Shown piece after piece: positions 11,014 to 23,668 of a DNA stretch of 64,000 nt; the stretch's first letter is position 1, and every line of letters begins with the position of its first letter. The position numbers were made by a program, and so were the translations under genes. The DNA is from Mobula hypostoma (Eukaryota). The stretch covers positions 98,706,001 to 98,770,000 of the forward strand of contig NC_086108.1 in NCBI RefSeq assembly GCF_963921235.1. Direction: 5' to 3'. Under the pieces are notes generated by a model. The model did no database searches. It saw only the letters and a program-made list of their open reading frames with translations, and was not told where the DNA came from.

Positions 11014-12635
11014 CTGGGGCCTGCAGAAGTTTGGGCACCCCTGGTCAAAATTTCTGTTACTGTGAATAGTTAAATAAGTAGAAGATGAACTGATCTCCAA
11101 AAGTCATAAAGTTAAAGATGAAACATTCTTTTCAACATTTGAAGCAAGATTAGTGTATTATTTTTGTTTAGTACAATTTGAGAGTGAAAAAAAGGAAAGG
11201 AGCTCCATGCAAAAGTTTGAGCACCCCAAGAGATTTGAGCTCTCAGGTAACTTTTACCAAGGTCTCAGACCTTAATTAGCTTGTTAGGGCTATGGCTTGT
11301 TCACACTCATCATTAGGAAAGGCTAGGTGATGCAAATTTCAAAGCCTTATAAATACCCTGACTCCTCAAACCTTGTCCCAACAATCAGCGGCCATGGGCT
11401 CCCCTAAACAGCTGCCTAGCACTCCGAAAATTAAAATAAATGATGCTCACAAAGCAAGAGAAGGCTGTAAGAAGATAGCAAAGCGTTTTCAGGTAGCCGT
11501 TTCCTCAGTTCGTAATGTAATTAAGAAATGGCAGTTAACAGGAACGGTGGAGGTCAAGTTGAGGTCTGGAAGACCAAGAAAACTTTCCAAGAGAACTGCT
11601 CATAGGATTGCTAAAAAGGGAAATCAAAACCCCCGTTTGACTCAAAAGACCTTCAGGAAGATTTAGCAGACTCTGGAGTGGTGGTGCACTGCTCTACTGT
11701 GCAGTGACACCTGCACAAGTATGACCTTCATGGAAGAATCATCAGAAGAAAACCTTTCCTGCATCCCCACCACAAAATTCAGCGTCAGGAGTTTGCAAAG
11801 GAATATCTAAACAAGCCTGATGCATTTTGGAAACAAGTCCTGTGGACTGATGAAGTTAAAATAGAACTTTTTGGCTCCAATGAGCAAAAGTATGTTTGGA
11901 GAAAAAAGGGTGCAGAATTTCTTGAAAATAACACCTCTCCAACTGTTAAGCACGGGGGTGGATCGATCATGCTTTGGGCTTGTGTTGCAGCCAGTGGCAT
12001 GGGGAACATTTCACTGGTAGAGGGAAGAATGAATTCAATTAAATACCAGCAAATTCTGGAAGCAAACATCACACCATCTGTAAAAAAGCTGAAGATGAAA
12101 AGAGGATGGCTTCTACAACAGGATAATGATCCTAAACACACCTCAAAATCCACAATGGACTACATCAAGAGGCACAAACTGAAGGTTTTGCCATGGCCCT
12201 CACAGTCCCCTGACCTAAACATCATCAGAAATCTGTGGATAGACCTCAAAAGAGCAGTGCATGCAAGACGGCCCAAGAATCTCACAGAACTAGAAGCCTT
12301 TTGCAAGGAAGAATGGGCGAAAATCCCCCAAACAAGAATTGGAAGTCTCTTAGCTGGCTACAGAAAGTGTTTACAAGCTGTGATACTTGCCAAAGGGGGT
12401 GTTACTATGTACTGACCATGCAGAGTGCCCAAACATTTGCTTTGGGCCCTTTTCCTTTTTTGTTATTTTGAAACTGTAAAAGATGGAAATAAAAAAGTAA
12501 TCTTGCTTAAAAATATTAAAGAAATATGTTATCTTTAACTTTATGCCTTTTGGAAATCAGGTCATGTTTTACTCGCTTAGCTATTCACAGTAACAGAAAT
12601 TTTGACCGGGGTGCCCAAACTTTTGCATGCCACTG
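11014..12635 (+). mobile_element. Tc1-family DNA transposon (IR/DR type), full length, transposase disrupted
   Basis: Long TIRs (cagtggcatgcaaaagtttgggcacc...) with an inner repeat of the terminal motif, and TA after the right end. Transposase pieces include the HTH (11373..11666), WTDE, QQDNDPKH and SPDLNII. Confidence 0.93.
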
Positions 12636-12637
12636 TA

Positions 12638-13205
12638 TATAAGACCTCAGTTAAACCCCACTTGGAGTACTGTGTTCAGTTCTGGTCACCTCATTACAGG
12701 AAGGTTGTGGATGCTAAGAGAGCGTGCAGGGATGTTGCCTGGATTGGGGAGCATGCCTTATGAGAATAGCTTGAGTGTACTTGGCCTTTTCTCCTTGGAG
12801 CAACAGAGAATGAGGGGTGACCTGATAGAGGTGTATAAGATGATGAGAGGCATTGATTGTGTGGATAGCCAGAGGCTTTTTGCCAGGAGTGAGATGGCTA
12901 ACAGAGGAGATATAGTTTTAAGGTGCCTGGAAGTAGGTACAAGGGGGATGCCAAAGGTAAGTTTTTCACACATAGAGTGGTGGGTGTGTGGAATGCACTG
13001 CTAACAAAAGTAGAGGCGGATACAACAGGGTATTTTAAGAGACTCTTATATAGGTACATGGAGCTTAGAAAAATAGAGGGCTATGCAGTAGGGAAATTCT
13101 AGCACAAACACGAGGTGACACGAGGCAAACACGAGGCAACTTCTAGAGTAGGTTACATGGTCGACACAACATTGTGGGCCCAATGTGCTGTAGCTTTTCT
13201 GTTTT
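12638..13205 (+). mobile_element. Decayed CR1 3' fragment
   Basis: Encodes [12 protein letters not shown] and LGLFSLEQQRMRGDLIEVYKMMRGID. Confidence 0.8.
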
Positions 13206-13664
13206 ACTTGCTCATAGACACTCACACCAAAGGAGTTGATCAGGCCTGTTCATTGTGCAGGGACTCAGGGGAATGGGGAGGTCACACTGAAGAGTTCAAG
13301 TCCCCTTTGCTCTGCAGTTTTCCTCTCCTCCATTGCAGCTTTTAAGCCACGATGATGTAGCTCCCCAACTGTAGCGGTTACTTGAGAACAAACTATAAAA
13401 CCGCTGACAGACTGTGTACTGGAGTTAACACTGTATGACACGCCTCCAAATAACTGCGTTCCAAGTAAAAGAAAAGTACTTTGATCCTTTATTCCGAAAC
13501 AAGCAAAAACTAACGATCTTATAGCGATAAAAAACTAACTGAACTAAATTCGCAATATAGCAAAATAAAAGTAATTAGTGCAACTAAGCAACCAATAAAA
13601 AATATCACCCCGACTCACTCCCTCTCAACTAAACTTAAACAAACTAACTAACTAAACTGCTATC

Positions 13665-14090
13665 ATGAGAGGCTGGATAAACCTGGGTTGTTTTCGCTGG
13701 AGAGGACAGGCTGAGGGAAGATCTGATGGAGGTTTATAAGATAGAGTAGACAGACAGCATCTGTTTCCCAGGGTTGAAATGTCTAATACCAGAAGGTATG
13801 CATTGAAGATGAGAGGGGGTAAGTTCAAAGGGGATTTGAGGGTAAGTGTTTTACTCAGAGAGTCATAGATGCCTGGAATGTGCTGCCTGGTATTGTGCTA
13901 GACACATTAGATATTTTTAAGAGATGTTTAGATAGGCACATGGATATAAGGAAGATGGAGGGCTATGGACATGGTGTAGGTAGGAGGGATTAGTATTTGG
14001 GTGTTTTTGATTTGCTTTTCAGCTGGTTCGGCACAACATTGTGGGCCGAATGGCCTGTTCCTGTGCTGTACTGTTGTATGTTCTATGTAA
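13665..14090 (+). mobile_element. Decayed CR1 3' fragment
   Basis: Encodes ERLDKPGLFSLE..LREDLMEVYK and ends with a CR1 3' hairpin and tail (gggccgaatggcctgttcctgtgctgtactgttgtatgttctatg). Confidence 0.75.
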
Positions 14091-14859
14091 AACAGTACTC
14101 ATTTGCATCTACCTCATCCCAACGCATGTCAAATTACCATACTCCATAATAAACGTGCAACACAAAATACAATATAGACATAAAGTCGATACATGTCTCC
14201 GTCACCAATGTTCAGTGAAACAGTGACGTGACAGCTGTGACTTGCATGCGGATGTCCCAAGTGAGGAATTATTGCTACTTTCCACATTGCTGTTGCCTAA
14301 TTTGGGGGAATAGGGAGTGAAATGGTGCCATAAGACTGATTAGCACACCAACCTCCCTGTAGATTCCCATCTACCATATTGATATGGGGTTTGTTATTGT
14401 CAAATGTACCAAGATACAATGAAAAGCTTGTCTTGCATACTGTTCATACAGTCCAAATCATTATTGAGCTAAAATATGGTAAAACAATAACAATGCAGAG
14501 TAAAGTGTAAAACTACTGATAAAGTGCGGCGCTGGCAAACAAATTGCAAGATCATAACAAGATAGATTGGGAATTGAAGAGTCCATCTTATCATTCAAAG
14601 GGACAGTTCAATGGTTTTACAACAGTGGGTAGAAGCTATCCTTGAATCCTGCTTCCAGATTTTCCTATCTTCCACTTGAGGGGAGAGAAGAGAGAATGTC
14701 TGGGTTCGGTGGGGTCTTTGATTATTTCCATTGTTAATCTAAACCTTGTGGTATCCTGCCTTAGTATTCTCATATGGCAAATACATCCACTTCACAAACC
14801 AGCACTAAGTTCAGTACATGGCTCTTTCTCAGATGGACTGAGGAAACATTTAGGACTAT

Positions 14860-16005
14860 AAGACCATACGACAAGACATAGGAGCAGAATTAGGCCATTC
14901 AGTCCATTGAGTCTGCTCTGCCATTTTATTCCCACTCAACCCCATTCTCCTAGCTTCTCCCCTTAACTATTGATGCCCCCACTAATCAAGAACTCATCAA
15001 CCACCACTTTAAAAATACCCAAATGATTTGGCCTCCACAGCCAACTATGGCAATGAAATCCACAGATTCACCACCCTCTTTCTGAAGAAATTCCTTAACG
15101 GTGTTCTAAAGGGACGTTCTTCTATTCTGAGGCTGTTCCCTCTGGTCCAACACTTTAGGAAACATCCTCTCTATCTCCACTCTATTCAGGCTTTTGAGTA
15201 TTCAAAAGGTTTCAATGAGATCTCCACCACCCCCCCGCCCCAGTCTTCTAAACTCCAGTGAGTACAGGCCAAGAACCATCAAACACTCCTCATATGTTAA
15301 CCGTGATAAAGTTTACGGGAAAGGGAGATTCTCAAGATTCCTGTAAACAATGGATTCAGTACTACGTCTGTGACTGCAGTGTGTTTGAGTGATGTCTCAC
15401 AGCTGCCTTCTTTGGAGCAAGATAATTAGGGTTTGCCCAGATCCACACCAGATGTCTCTGGGCTTTTCACACCTTTTGATTTTGACAAAAAGCAGTACCT
15501 GATGGAAATTAGACAGAACATTCCTTTCTTAATTAAAGCATACATTTGGCGGATGTTCTTATCTTTGTAATTAAGTTGTGGCTCCAGAAAACCAGGTAGG
15601 ACATTCTTTTCTTTAATTAAGGTGGCTGGAGTGTCAACAAATTGATTGTACTTTTGTATCAATAGTCCATTGACTTGGCCGGAATAGTTATCAAACTGAT
15701 TGTTCTCTGCATCAATAGTCCATTGACTGGACCGGAATGGTTATCAAACTGATTGTTCTTTTGTATCGGTGGCCTTATAACGTCTGACAATTCTGACATC
15801 GGGCAGTGAACTTGTAGAACCACTGGGGAGATGAGAAAGGTTCTTTCCCTGATGTCAGGTCCAAGTTCACTCACCGGCTGAGCTCGAAGAAATAAACGGG
15901 TGGAAAGATAAGTAACGATCTTTTTGTGCTGTCGTTATTTGATCCAGCAAAGTTACGTTTACAACCGCTTCATTCCCGGATCATCCTTGTGAACCTCCCT
16001 GGATA
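14860..16005 (-). mobile_element. Decayed CR1 3' fragment interrupted by a solo LTR
   Basis: CR1 3' UTR and C-terminal similarity at 14860-15303, resuming at 15964 after the LTR. Confidence 0.7.
15304..15963 (+). mobile_element. Solo LTR (ERV- or Gypsy-type), 660 bp
   Basis: TG...CA termini, a 4-bp TSD ACCG (15300-15303 / 15964-15967), a 53-bp tandem duplication (15658-15763), TATAA at ~15776 and AATAAA at ~15892. Confidence 0.8.
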
Positions 16006-16399
16006 TATAATCAAGCAAGTTCTTCTCCCCTACCTTTCCTTTATTTTAAGACTTTCCCAATTTAATATATGGGTGAATTAGCCCACAATATCACCTTCTT
16101 GCACATCTCCAAAAATTCCCTTCAGATTTGTTCTAGTTTTTTTTCCACTGTTTGAGAGGTAATGAAATACCCCAAGAAACATGATCATACCTGTTTACCT
16201 TCTCAAAACAAAATGGGTCCTGGACATCCTTTCCTTCCAACAGGACAATGTCTTCTGACATCATTTCAGCTTTTCTTTCTCCTTTCCCTATCTGTACTGA
16301 ACACTTTGCCTCTATAAATATGAAGCATCCAGTCCTCACCCTATCACACCATTTTCCCATATGATTATCCATTGTTACTTTACCAGCCGTGTTCACATT

Positions 16400-17340
16400 T
16401 TATGTGTTTATGTGCACATATTCTTTGTTGAACTCATATAAATCTTCCTTAACCACATTAGCAATCTTCCCTACAAGGACAATGGTCCCAATCCCATTCA
16501 AGTACTACCTTTCCCTGTTGAATTTATGCCTCCTGCCCTAGAATTGATTCCGATGCCTGAATCCACTGTGAAGTCCTCCCTCCTATACTGCTCTTCAAGA
16601 TAGACATTGACGATCCTTATCTCTGTATTTCTATGCTCACTTCATGGCACAGCAAGTAATCCGAAGGTTACTACCTTTGAGGTCCTTTGTATCTTCCTAG
16701 CTGCTGAAATTTTGCTTGTGGATCCTCATGTCTTTGTCATCGATATGTATAACAGCTTCTGGGTCACTCTCTCCAGTCTAGAATGTTATTTGCCCTCTCC
16801 TAGAAGTCTTTTACCCCGCCCTATTCATATGGACATTCACAATGGAGGTCCTATCATACTAGACTGTCTGACTAATTATCGGAACTACTCTCCCGATAAA
16901 CTTCATACACTTACTCGTGCTTCCCGAGCTTTCACTGGCCCAGTGGTGCCATGGCATTGGAATAATTCCTTCACTTTGTTACCACTGCAGTGTTCTCCAG
17001 TTCTGAGCACTTTTCTGAGGGTGGGACTTCTGCATTTCCAACTTCCTCCTCTTGTTCCAAAGCCCACCAATGGCATGCCCACGTCCTGAAGAAGAAGGAC
17101 GTCAGAGTTGTATACTTTGATAATAAATGAACCTTTTGGACCTTTAGAACGTGTGCCTCCATAAACCCTCAGCCTCCCTGATGCTCTACCATGACTTCAT
17201 TTGCCCTCGAGCTTGGAATTCCTGAGCTCGAGCTCAAGCAGCTGGAAGTACCTTCTGCACGCACAGTCCGCAGGGACATACAAAGTGTTCTGGAGTTCCC
17301 ACATTCCCCATAGGGATTGAAAACAATAGGCCTCAGCTGC
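16400..17340 (-). mobile_element. Highly decayed CR1 ORF1 region
   Basis: Patchy similarity to the ORF1 esterase region of the 22362 and 31244 copies (ggcacagcaagtaatccgaaggttactacctttgaggtc). Confidence 0.45.
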
Positions 17341-18108
17341 CCATCCATGAGCCAACAAAACACTTGAATCCCTCTTTTCAAATTTAGATAGTATCTTAAT
17401 AATTTCAGGGCTCCAGTTTCACTGTCTCCTGCTATCCCTCATCAACCTCTCCTAGTTTAATAAAATACCAGAACTGAGCCATGTCCCTCACTGCACTAAT
17501 TCTGTGTTCTTGGATTGGACTGTTAAATTGGACTTTATTTGCAACTTAACCATTATTTTCTAGTATTTTTTCTAACTATTTACAGACACAATGCCATTTG
17601 CGTTTGATCCCTCTCACTCGCTGCTGCCGGAGGAAGGTGCCGGACTCTTGGGTCTCAGGCAAGTTTTGGTCGGTACAGTTTATGGTTCAGACTTGTTTTC
17701 AGAGGCTAGGCAGTTCATATTATATGTGTTTTTGCTTTTTAGTAATTCATTTTTCTATTGCTATTTTGTGCAATTTTGATCAGAACGGACTGTCACAGCA
17801 GCCAACAACACAGTGCTAAATTAAACATTGCTAGACTGTTTCAAGGACTCTGCGATTTGAGGTTTAATATTCTATCATTCACTCATTTTTGCTGTTTTCT
17901 CAATTTCTTGTGTTGGATGTTTGATGTTTTCTTTGAACTTGGTTTTGTTCCGTGGGGTCGGCGGAAAGACAGTTCTCAGGGTTGTATACTGCATACATAG
18001 TTTGCTAATAAAAACAACAGGAATTCTGCAGATGCTGGAAATTCAAGCAACATACATCAAAGTTGCTGGTGAACGCAGCAGGCCAGGCAGCATCTATAGG
18101 AAGAGGCG

Positions 18109-18146
18109 CAGTCGACGTTTCAGGCCGAGACCCTTCGTCAGGACTA
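18109..18146 (-). ncRNA. Minimal type I hammerhead ribozyme in Penelope pLTR
   Basis: The minus strand reads UAGUC-CUGACGA-AGG(GUCUCGG)CCU-GAAA-CGUC-GACUG. This gives the conserved core, helix II AGG/CCU, helix I AGUC/GACU and a GUC cleavage triplet. Confidence 0.8.
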
Positions 18147-18625
18147 ACTGAAGGAAGAGTGAGTAAGGGATTTGAAAGCTGGAGGGGGAGGGGGAGATGC
18201 AAAATGATAGGAGAAGACAGGAGGGGGAGGGATGGAGCCGAGAGCTGGACAGGTGATAGGCAGAAGGGGATACGAGAGGATCATGGGACAGGAGGTCCGG
18301 GAAGAAAGACGGGGGGGGGTGACCCAGAGGATGGGCAAGAGGTATATTCAGAGGGACAGAGGGAGAAAAAGGAGAGTGAGAGAAAGAATGTGTGCATAAA
18401 AAAGAGTAACAGATGGGGTACGAGGGGGAGGTGGGGCCTAGCGGAAGTTAGAGAAGTCAATGTTCATGCCATCAGGTTGGAGGCTACCCATACGGAATAT
18501 AAGGTGTTGTTCCTCCAACCTGAGTGTGGCTTCTCTTTACAGTAGAGGAGGCCGTGGATAGACATGTCAGAATGGGAATGGGATGTGGAATTAAAATGTG
18601 TGGCCACTGGGAGATCCTGCTTTCT

Positions 18626-19798
18626 CTAGCGGACAGAGCGTAGATGTTCAGCAAAGCGGTCTCCCAGTCTGCGTCGGGTCTCACCAATATATAAAAGGCC
18701 ACATCGGGAGCACCGGACGCAGTATATCACCCCAGTCGACTCACAGGTGAAGTGATGCCTCACCTGGAAGGACTGTTTGGGGCCCTGAATGGTGGTAAGG
18801 GAGGAAGTGTAAGGGCATGTGTAGCACTTGTTCCGCTTACACGGATAAGTGCCAGGAGGGAGATCAGTGGGGAGGGATGGGGGGGACGAATGGACAAGGG
18901 AGTTGTGTAGGGAGCGATCCCTGCGGAATGCAGAGAGAGGGGGGGAGGGAAAGATATGCTTAGTGGTGGGATCCCGTTGGAGGTGGCGGAAGTTACGGAG
19001 AATAATATGTTGGACCCGGAGGCTGGTGGGGTGGTAGGTGAGGACCAGGGGAACCCTATTCCTAGTGGGGTGGTGGGAGGATGGAGTGAGAGCAGATGTA
19101 CGTGAAATGGGGGAGATGCGTTTAAGAGCAGAGTTGATAGTGGAGGAAGGGAAGCCCCTTTCTTTAAAAAATGAAGACATCTCCCTCATCCTAGAATGAA
19201 AAGCCTCATCCTGAGAGCAGATGCGGCGGAGACGGAGGAATTGCGAGAAGGGGATGGCGTTTTTGCAAGAGACAGGGTGAGAAGAGGAATAGTCCAGATA
19301 GCTGTGAGAGTCAGTAGGCTTATAGTAGACATCAGTGGATAAGCTGTCTCCAGAGACAGAGACAGAAAGATCTAGAAAGGGGAGGGAGGTGTCGGAAATG
19401 GACCAGGTAAACTTGAGGGCAGGGTGAAAGTTGGAGGCAAAGTTAATAAAGTCAACGAGTTCTGCATGCGTGCAGGAAGCAGCGCCAATGCAGTCGTCGA
19501 TGTAGCGAAGGAAAAGTGGGGGACAGATACCAGAATAGGCACGGAACATAGATTGTTCCACAAACCCAACAAAAAGGCAGGCATAGCTAGGACCCATACG
19601 GGTGCCCATAGCTACACCTTTAGTTTGGAGGAAATGGGAGGAGCAAAAGGAGAAATTATTAAGAGTAAGGACTAATTCCACTAGACGGAGCAGAGTGGTG
19701 GTAGAGGGGAACTGATTAGGTCTGGAATCCAAAAAGAAGCGTAGAGCTTTGAGACCTTCCTGATGGGGGATGGAAGTATATAGGGACTGGACATCCAA
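18626..19798 (-). pseudogene. Penelope RT/GIY-YIG ORF fragment; premature TAG in the endonuclease and an upstream frameshift
   Basis: Motifs DVQSLYTSIP, QTKGVAMGTRMGPSYA, RYIDD, a Cys linker PCKRNKCYTC, and GVIYCVRCSRCGLLYIGET. The 42342 copy has Gln where this copy has the stop. Confidence 0.9.
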
Positions 19799-20680
19799 GG
19801 TGAAAATAAAGCGGTGGGGGCCAGGGAACTTAAAATCATCAAAAAGTTTAAGAGCGTGAGAAGTGTCACGAACATAGGTCGGAAGGGATTGAACAAGGGG
19901 TGATAAAACAGTGTCGAGGTATGCAGAAACGAGTTCGGTGGGGCAGGAGCAAGCTGAGACAATAGGTCGGCCAGGACAGGCAGGTTTGTGGATCTTGGGT
20001 AGGAGGTAGAAACGGGAAGTGCGGGGTGTGGGAACTATAAGGTTGGTAGCAGTGGATGGGAGATCCCCTGAGCGGATAAAGTCGTTGATAGTGTGGGAGA
20101 CAATGGCCTGGTGCTCCTTAGTGGGGTCACGATCGAGGGGTAAATAAGAGGAGGTATCCGCGAGTTGTCGCTGTGCCTCGGCAAGGTAGAGGTCAGTACG
20201 CCAGACTACAACAGCACCCCCTTTATCAGCGGGTTTAATAATAATGTTAGGATTAGTGCGGAGGGAGTGGAGAGCAGAGCGTTCCGAAGGAGTGAGGTTG
20301 GAATGGGGACAAGGTGCGGTGAAGTCGAGACGGTTGATGTCCCGTCGGCAGTTGGCAATAAAGAGATCCAGAGCAGGCAGAAGACCAGAGCGGGGTGTCC
20401 ATGAAGAAGAGGAGGGTTGAAGACGGGAGAAGGGGTCATCGGTGGGGGTGGAAGAGTCCTTGCCGAAGAAGTAGGCTCGGAGACGGAGACGGCGGAAGAA
20501 AAGTTCCGCATCATGGCGAACACGGAACTCGCTGAGGTGTGGGCGAAGGGGGACAAACGTGAGGCCCTTACTGAGAACAGAGCGTTCTGCCTCCGACAGT
20601 TGAAGGTCGGAGGGGATGGTAAAGACCCGGCATGGATGAGAGCTGGGATCAGAGGGGTGAGGGGGGAGGCTGGCTGTTTT

Positions 20681-23052
20681 TCTAACGAGTTTTGAAAAAT
20701 TATCACTAATGCATCCACTATTTCTTGGGCTACTTCCTTAAGTACTCTAGGATGCAGACCATCTGGCCCTGGGGATTTATCTGTCTTTAATCCCTTCAAT
20801 TTACCTAACACCACTTCCCTACTAACATGTATTTCGCTCAGTTCCTCCATCTCACTGGACCCTCTGTCCCCTACTATTTCTGGAAGATTATTTATGTCCT
20901 CCTGTGTCCTTCTTATTATTCTTCATTATTTATGTCCTTCTGTGAAGACAGAACCAAAGTAATTATTCAATTGGTCTGCCATGTCCTTGCTCCCCATAAT
21001 CAATTCACCTGTTTCTGTCTGCAGGGGACCTACATTTGTCTTTACCAGTCTTTTCCTTTTTACATATCTATAAAAGCTTTTACAGTCCGTTTTTATGTTC
21101 CCTGCCAGTTTTCTCTCATAATCTTTTTTCCCCTTCCTAATTAAGCCCTTTGTCCTCCTCTGCTGAACTCTGAATTTCTCCCCGTCCTCAGGTGAGCCAC
21201 TTTCTCTGGCTAATTTGTATGCTTCTTCTTTGGAATTGATACTATCCCTAATTTCTCTTGTCAGCCACGGGTGCACTACCTTCCCTGATTTATTCTTTTG
21301 CCAAACTGGGATGATCAATTGTTGTAGTTCATCCATGCAACCTTTAAATGCTTGCCATTGCATATCCACCGTCAATCCTTTAAGTGTCATTTGCCAGTCT
21401 ATCTTAGCTAATTCACGTCTCATACCTTCAAAGTTACCCCTCTTTAAGTTCAGAACCTTTGTTTCTGAATTAACTATGTCACTCTCCATCTTAATGAAGA
21501 ATTCCACCATATTATGGTCACTCTTACCCAAGGGGCCTCTCACGACAAGATCGCTAATTAACCCTTCCTCATTGCTCAAAACCCAGTCCAGAATAGCCTG
21601 CTCTCTAGTTGGTTCCTCGACATGTTGGTTCAAAAAACCATCCCGCGTACATTCCAAGAAATCCTCTTCCTCAGCACCTTTACCAATTTGGTTCACCCAA
21701 TCTACATGTAGATTGAAGTCACCCATTATAACTGCTGTTCCTTTATTGCACACATTTCTAATTTCCTGTTTAATACCATCTCCGACCTCACTACTACTGT
21801 TAGGTGGCCTGTACACAACTCCCACCAGCGTCTTCTGCCCCTTAGTGTTACGCAGCTCTACCCATATCGATTCCACATCTTCCCGGCTTATGTCCTTCCT
21901 TTCTATTGTGTTAATCTCTTCTTTAACCAGCAACGCCACCCCACCTCCCCTTCCTTCATGTCTATCCCTCCTGAATATTGAATATCCCTGAACGTTGAGC
22001 TCCCATCCCTGGTCACCCTGGAGCCATGTCTCTGTGATCCCAACTATATCATAATCATTAATAACAATCTGCACTTTCAATTCATCCACCTTATTACGAA
22101 TGCACCTTGCATTGACACACAAAGCCTTCAGGCGCTCTTTTACAACTTTCTTAGCCCTTATACAATCATGTTGAAAAGTGGCCCTTTTTAATGCTTGCCC
22201 TGGATTTGTCGGCCTGCCACTTTTACTCTTCTCCTTAGTACTTTTTGCTTCTACCCTCACTTTACACCCCTCTGTCTCTCTGCACTGGTTCCCATCTCCC
22301 TGTTGTGAACTAACTTCCTCACGCCTAGCCTCTTTAATTTGATTCCCACCCCCCAACCATTCTAGTTTAAAGTCACCTCAGTAGCCCCCGCTAATCTCCC
22401 TGCCAGGATATTGGTCCCCCTAGGATTCAAGTGTAACCCGTCCTTTTTGTACAGGTCACGCCCGCGCCAAAAGAGGTCCCAATGATCCAAAAACTTGAAT
22501 CCCTGCCCCCTGCTCCAATCCCTCAGCCACGCATTTATCCTCCACCTCATCGCATTCCTACTCTCACTGTCGCGTGGCACAGGCAGTAATCCCGAGATTA
22601 CTACCTTTGCGGTCCTTTTTCTCAACTCCTTTCCTAGCTCCCTATATTCTCCTTTCAGGACCTCATCCCTTTTCCTACCTATGTCATTGGAACCTATATG
22701 TACCATGACCTCTGGCTCCTCACCCTCCCACTTCAGGATATCTTGGACACGATCAGAAATATCCCGGACCCTGGCACCAGGGAGGCAAACTACCATCCGG
22801 GTCTCTGGACTGCGTCCACAGAATCGCCTATCTGACCCCCTTACTATCGAGTCCCCTATCACAACTGCCTTCCTCTTCCTTGCCCTACCCTTCTGAGCTA
22901 CAGGGCCAGACTCTGTGCCGGAGGCACGGCCACTGTCGCTTCCCCCGGGTAAGCTGTCCCCCCCCAACAGTACTCAAACAGGAGTACCTGTTGTTAAGGG
23001 GCACAGCCACCGGGGTACTCCCTATTACCTGACTTTTCCCCTTCCCCCTCCT
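20681..23052 (-). mobile_element. Young CR1 (subfamily A), 5' half: ORF1 SGNH esterase + ORF2 N-terminal half
   Basis: ORF 22362..22967 (AVVIGDSIVRG, HIGSND, DGLHLN) and ORF 20926..22356 (APE) are nearly identical to the 1428..4427 copy. The element stops at FQNSL. Confidence 0.93.
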
Positions 23053-23668
23053 AAAGATTCCTTTTCAGGACAAACAATATCCACCACTGCCAGTAAACGT
23101 TCTTTGACAAACTCTCCATTTGCAAAAGGCTTCATCTTTTCTGCAATACGTTCTAAGACTTCGTAGCTGGCACAGGTATTTCCTTCATTTTCACTGCTTT
23201 TTGGGCACTCAGCGTCTACCTTCCTGCGTTTTGCATTTATTGCCATTGGAATTTTTTTCTTTGATTCTATTTCGTAACGCGAGTTATTCAACAAGTATTG
23301 TAGCACATGTAAATATCTGGATATGTAGCGTGGATTTCTTATTAAAACACAGTGACGCTGTTTCTGTTTACAAATTTGAACGATCCCATCTGAAAACCTG
23401 CGCATGCACGGAGATTATCTAATACATATTAATAAGGTAGTCTGCCTTCCCATCATTCGTATATACCAGTGTTTGGTTTGGAACCTGGGGCCAGTGTAAC
23501 AAGACGCCATGCATGTCCATCAGTGTGTGTGGTCGCGTGAAACACTCAGAATAAGGAAAAATCGCTCGCGGGCCGGATAAGCATAGTATCTCAATATTTA
23601 CTCGCAGGCCAGTCAAAATACCTCCATGGGCCGGATGTGGCCTGCGGGCCGTAGGTTGCCTACACCTG
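23053..23668 (-). mobile_element. hAT (SPIN/Charlie/GTF2IRD2-like) transposon, left part
   Basis: TIR caggtgtaggcaacct at 23668-23653, and transposase remnant AKRRKVDAEC...KPFANGEFVKERLLAVVDIVCPEK. Confidence 0.85.

Larger units (their letters stand above)
18012..20680 (-). mobile_element. Penelope-like retroelement (Neptune-like), 5'-truncated
   Basis: RT plus a C-terminal GIY-YIG endonuclease, and a 3' pLTR with a hammerhead motif. The 5' end abuts a broken CR1 at 20681. Confidence 0.93.

Noticed and set aside
18626..19798. Selenocysteine recoding as in Naiad-type Penelope elements
   Set aside because: The interrupting stop is TAG at a Gln position, and the conserved Cys codons are ordinary.
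20206..20850. 214-aa ORF that looks like a novel RT fusion
   Set aside because: It is read-through across the CR1/Penelope breakpoint junction, not a gene.
21215..21991. Long antisense ORFs over CR1 copies (also 2110..2514, 3586..4089, 27444..28136, 34866..35495)
   Set aside because: They are shadows of ORF2 codon usage on the opposite strand, carry no domain motifs, and differ in extent between copies.
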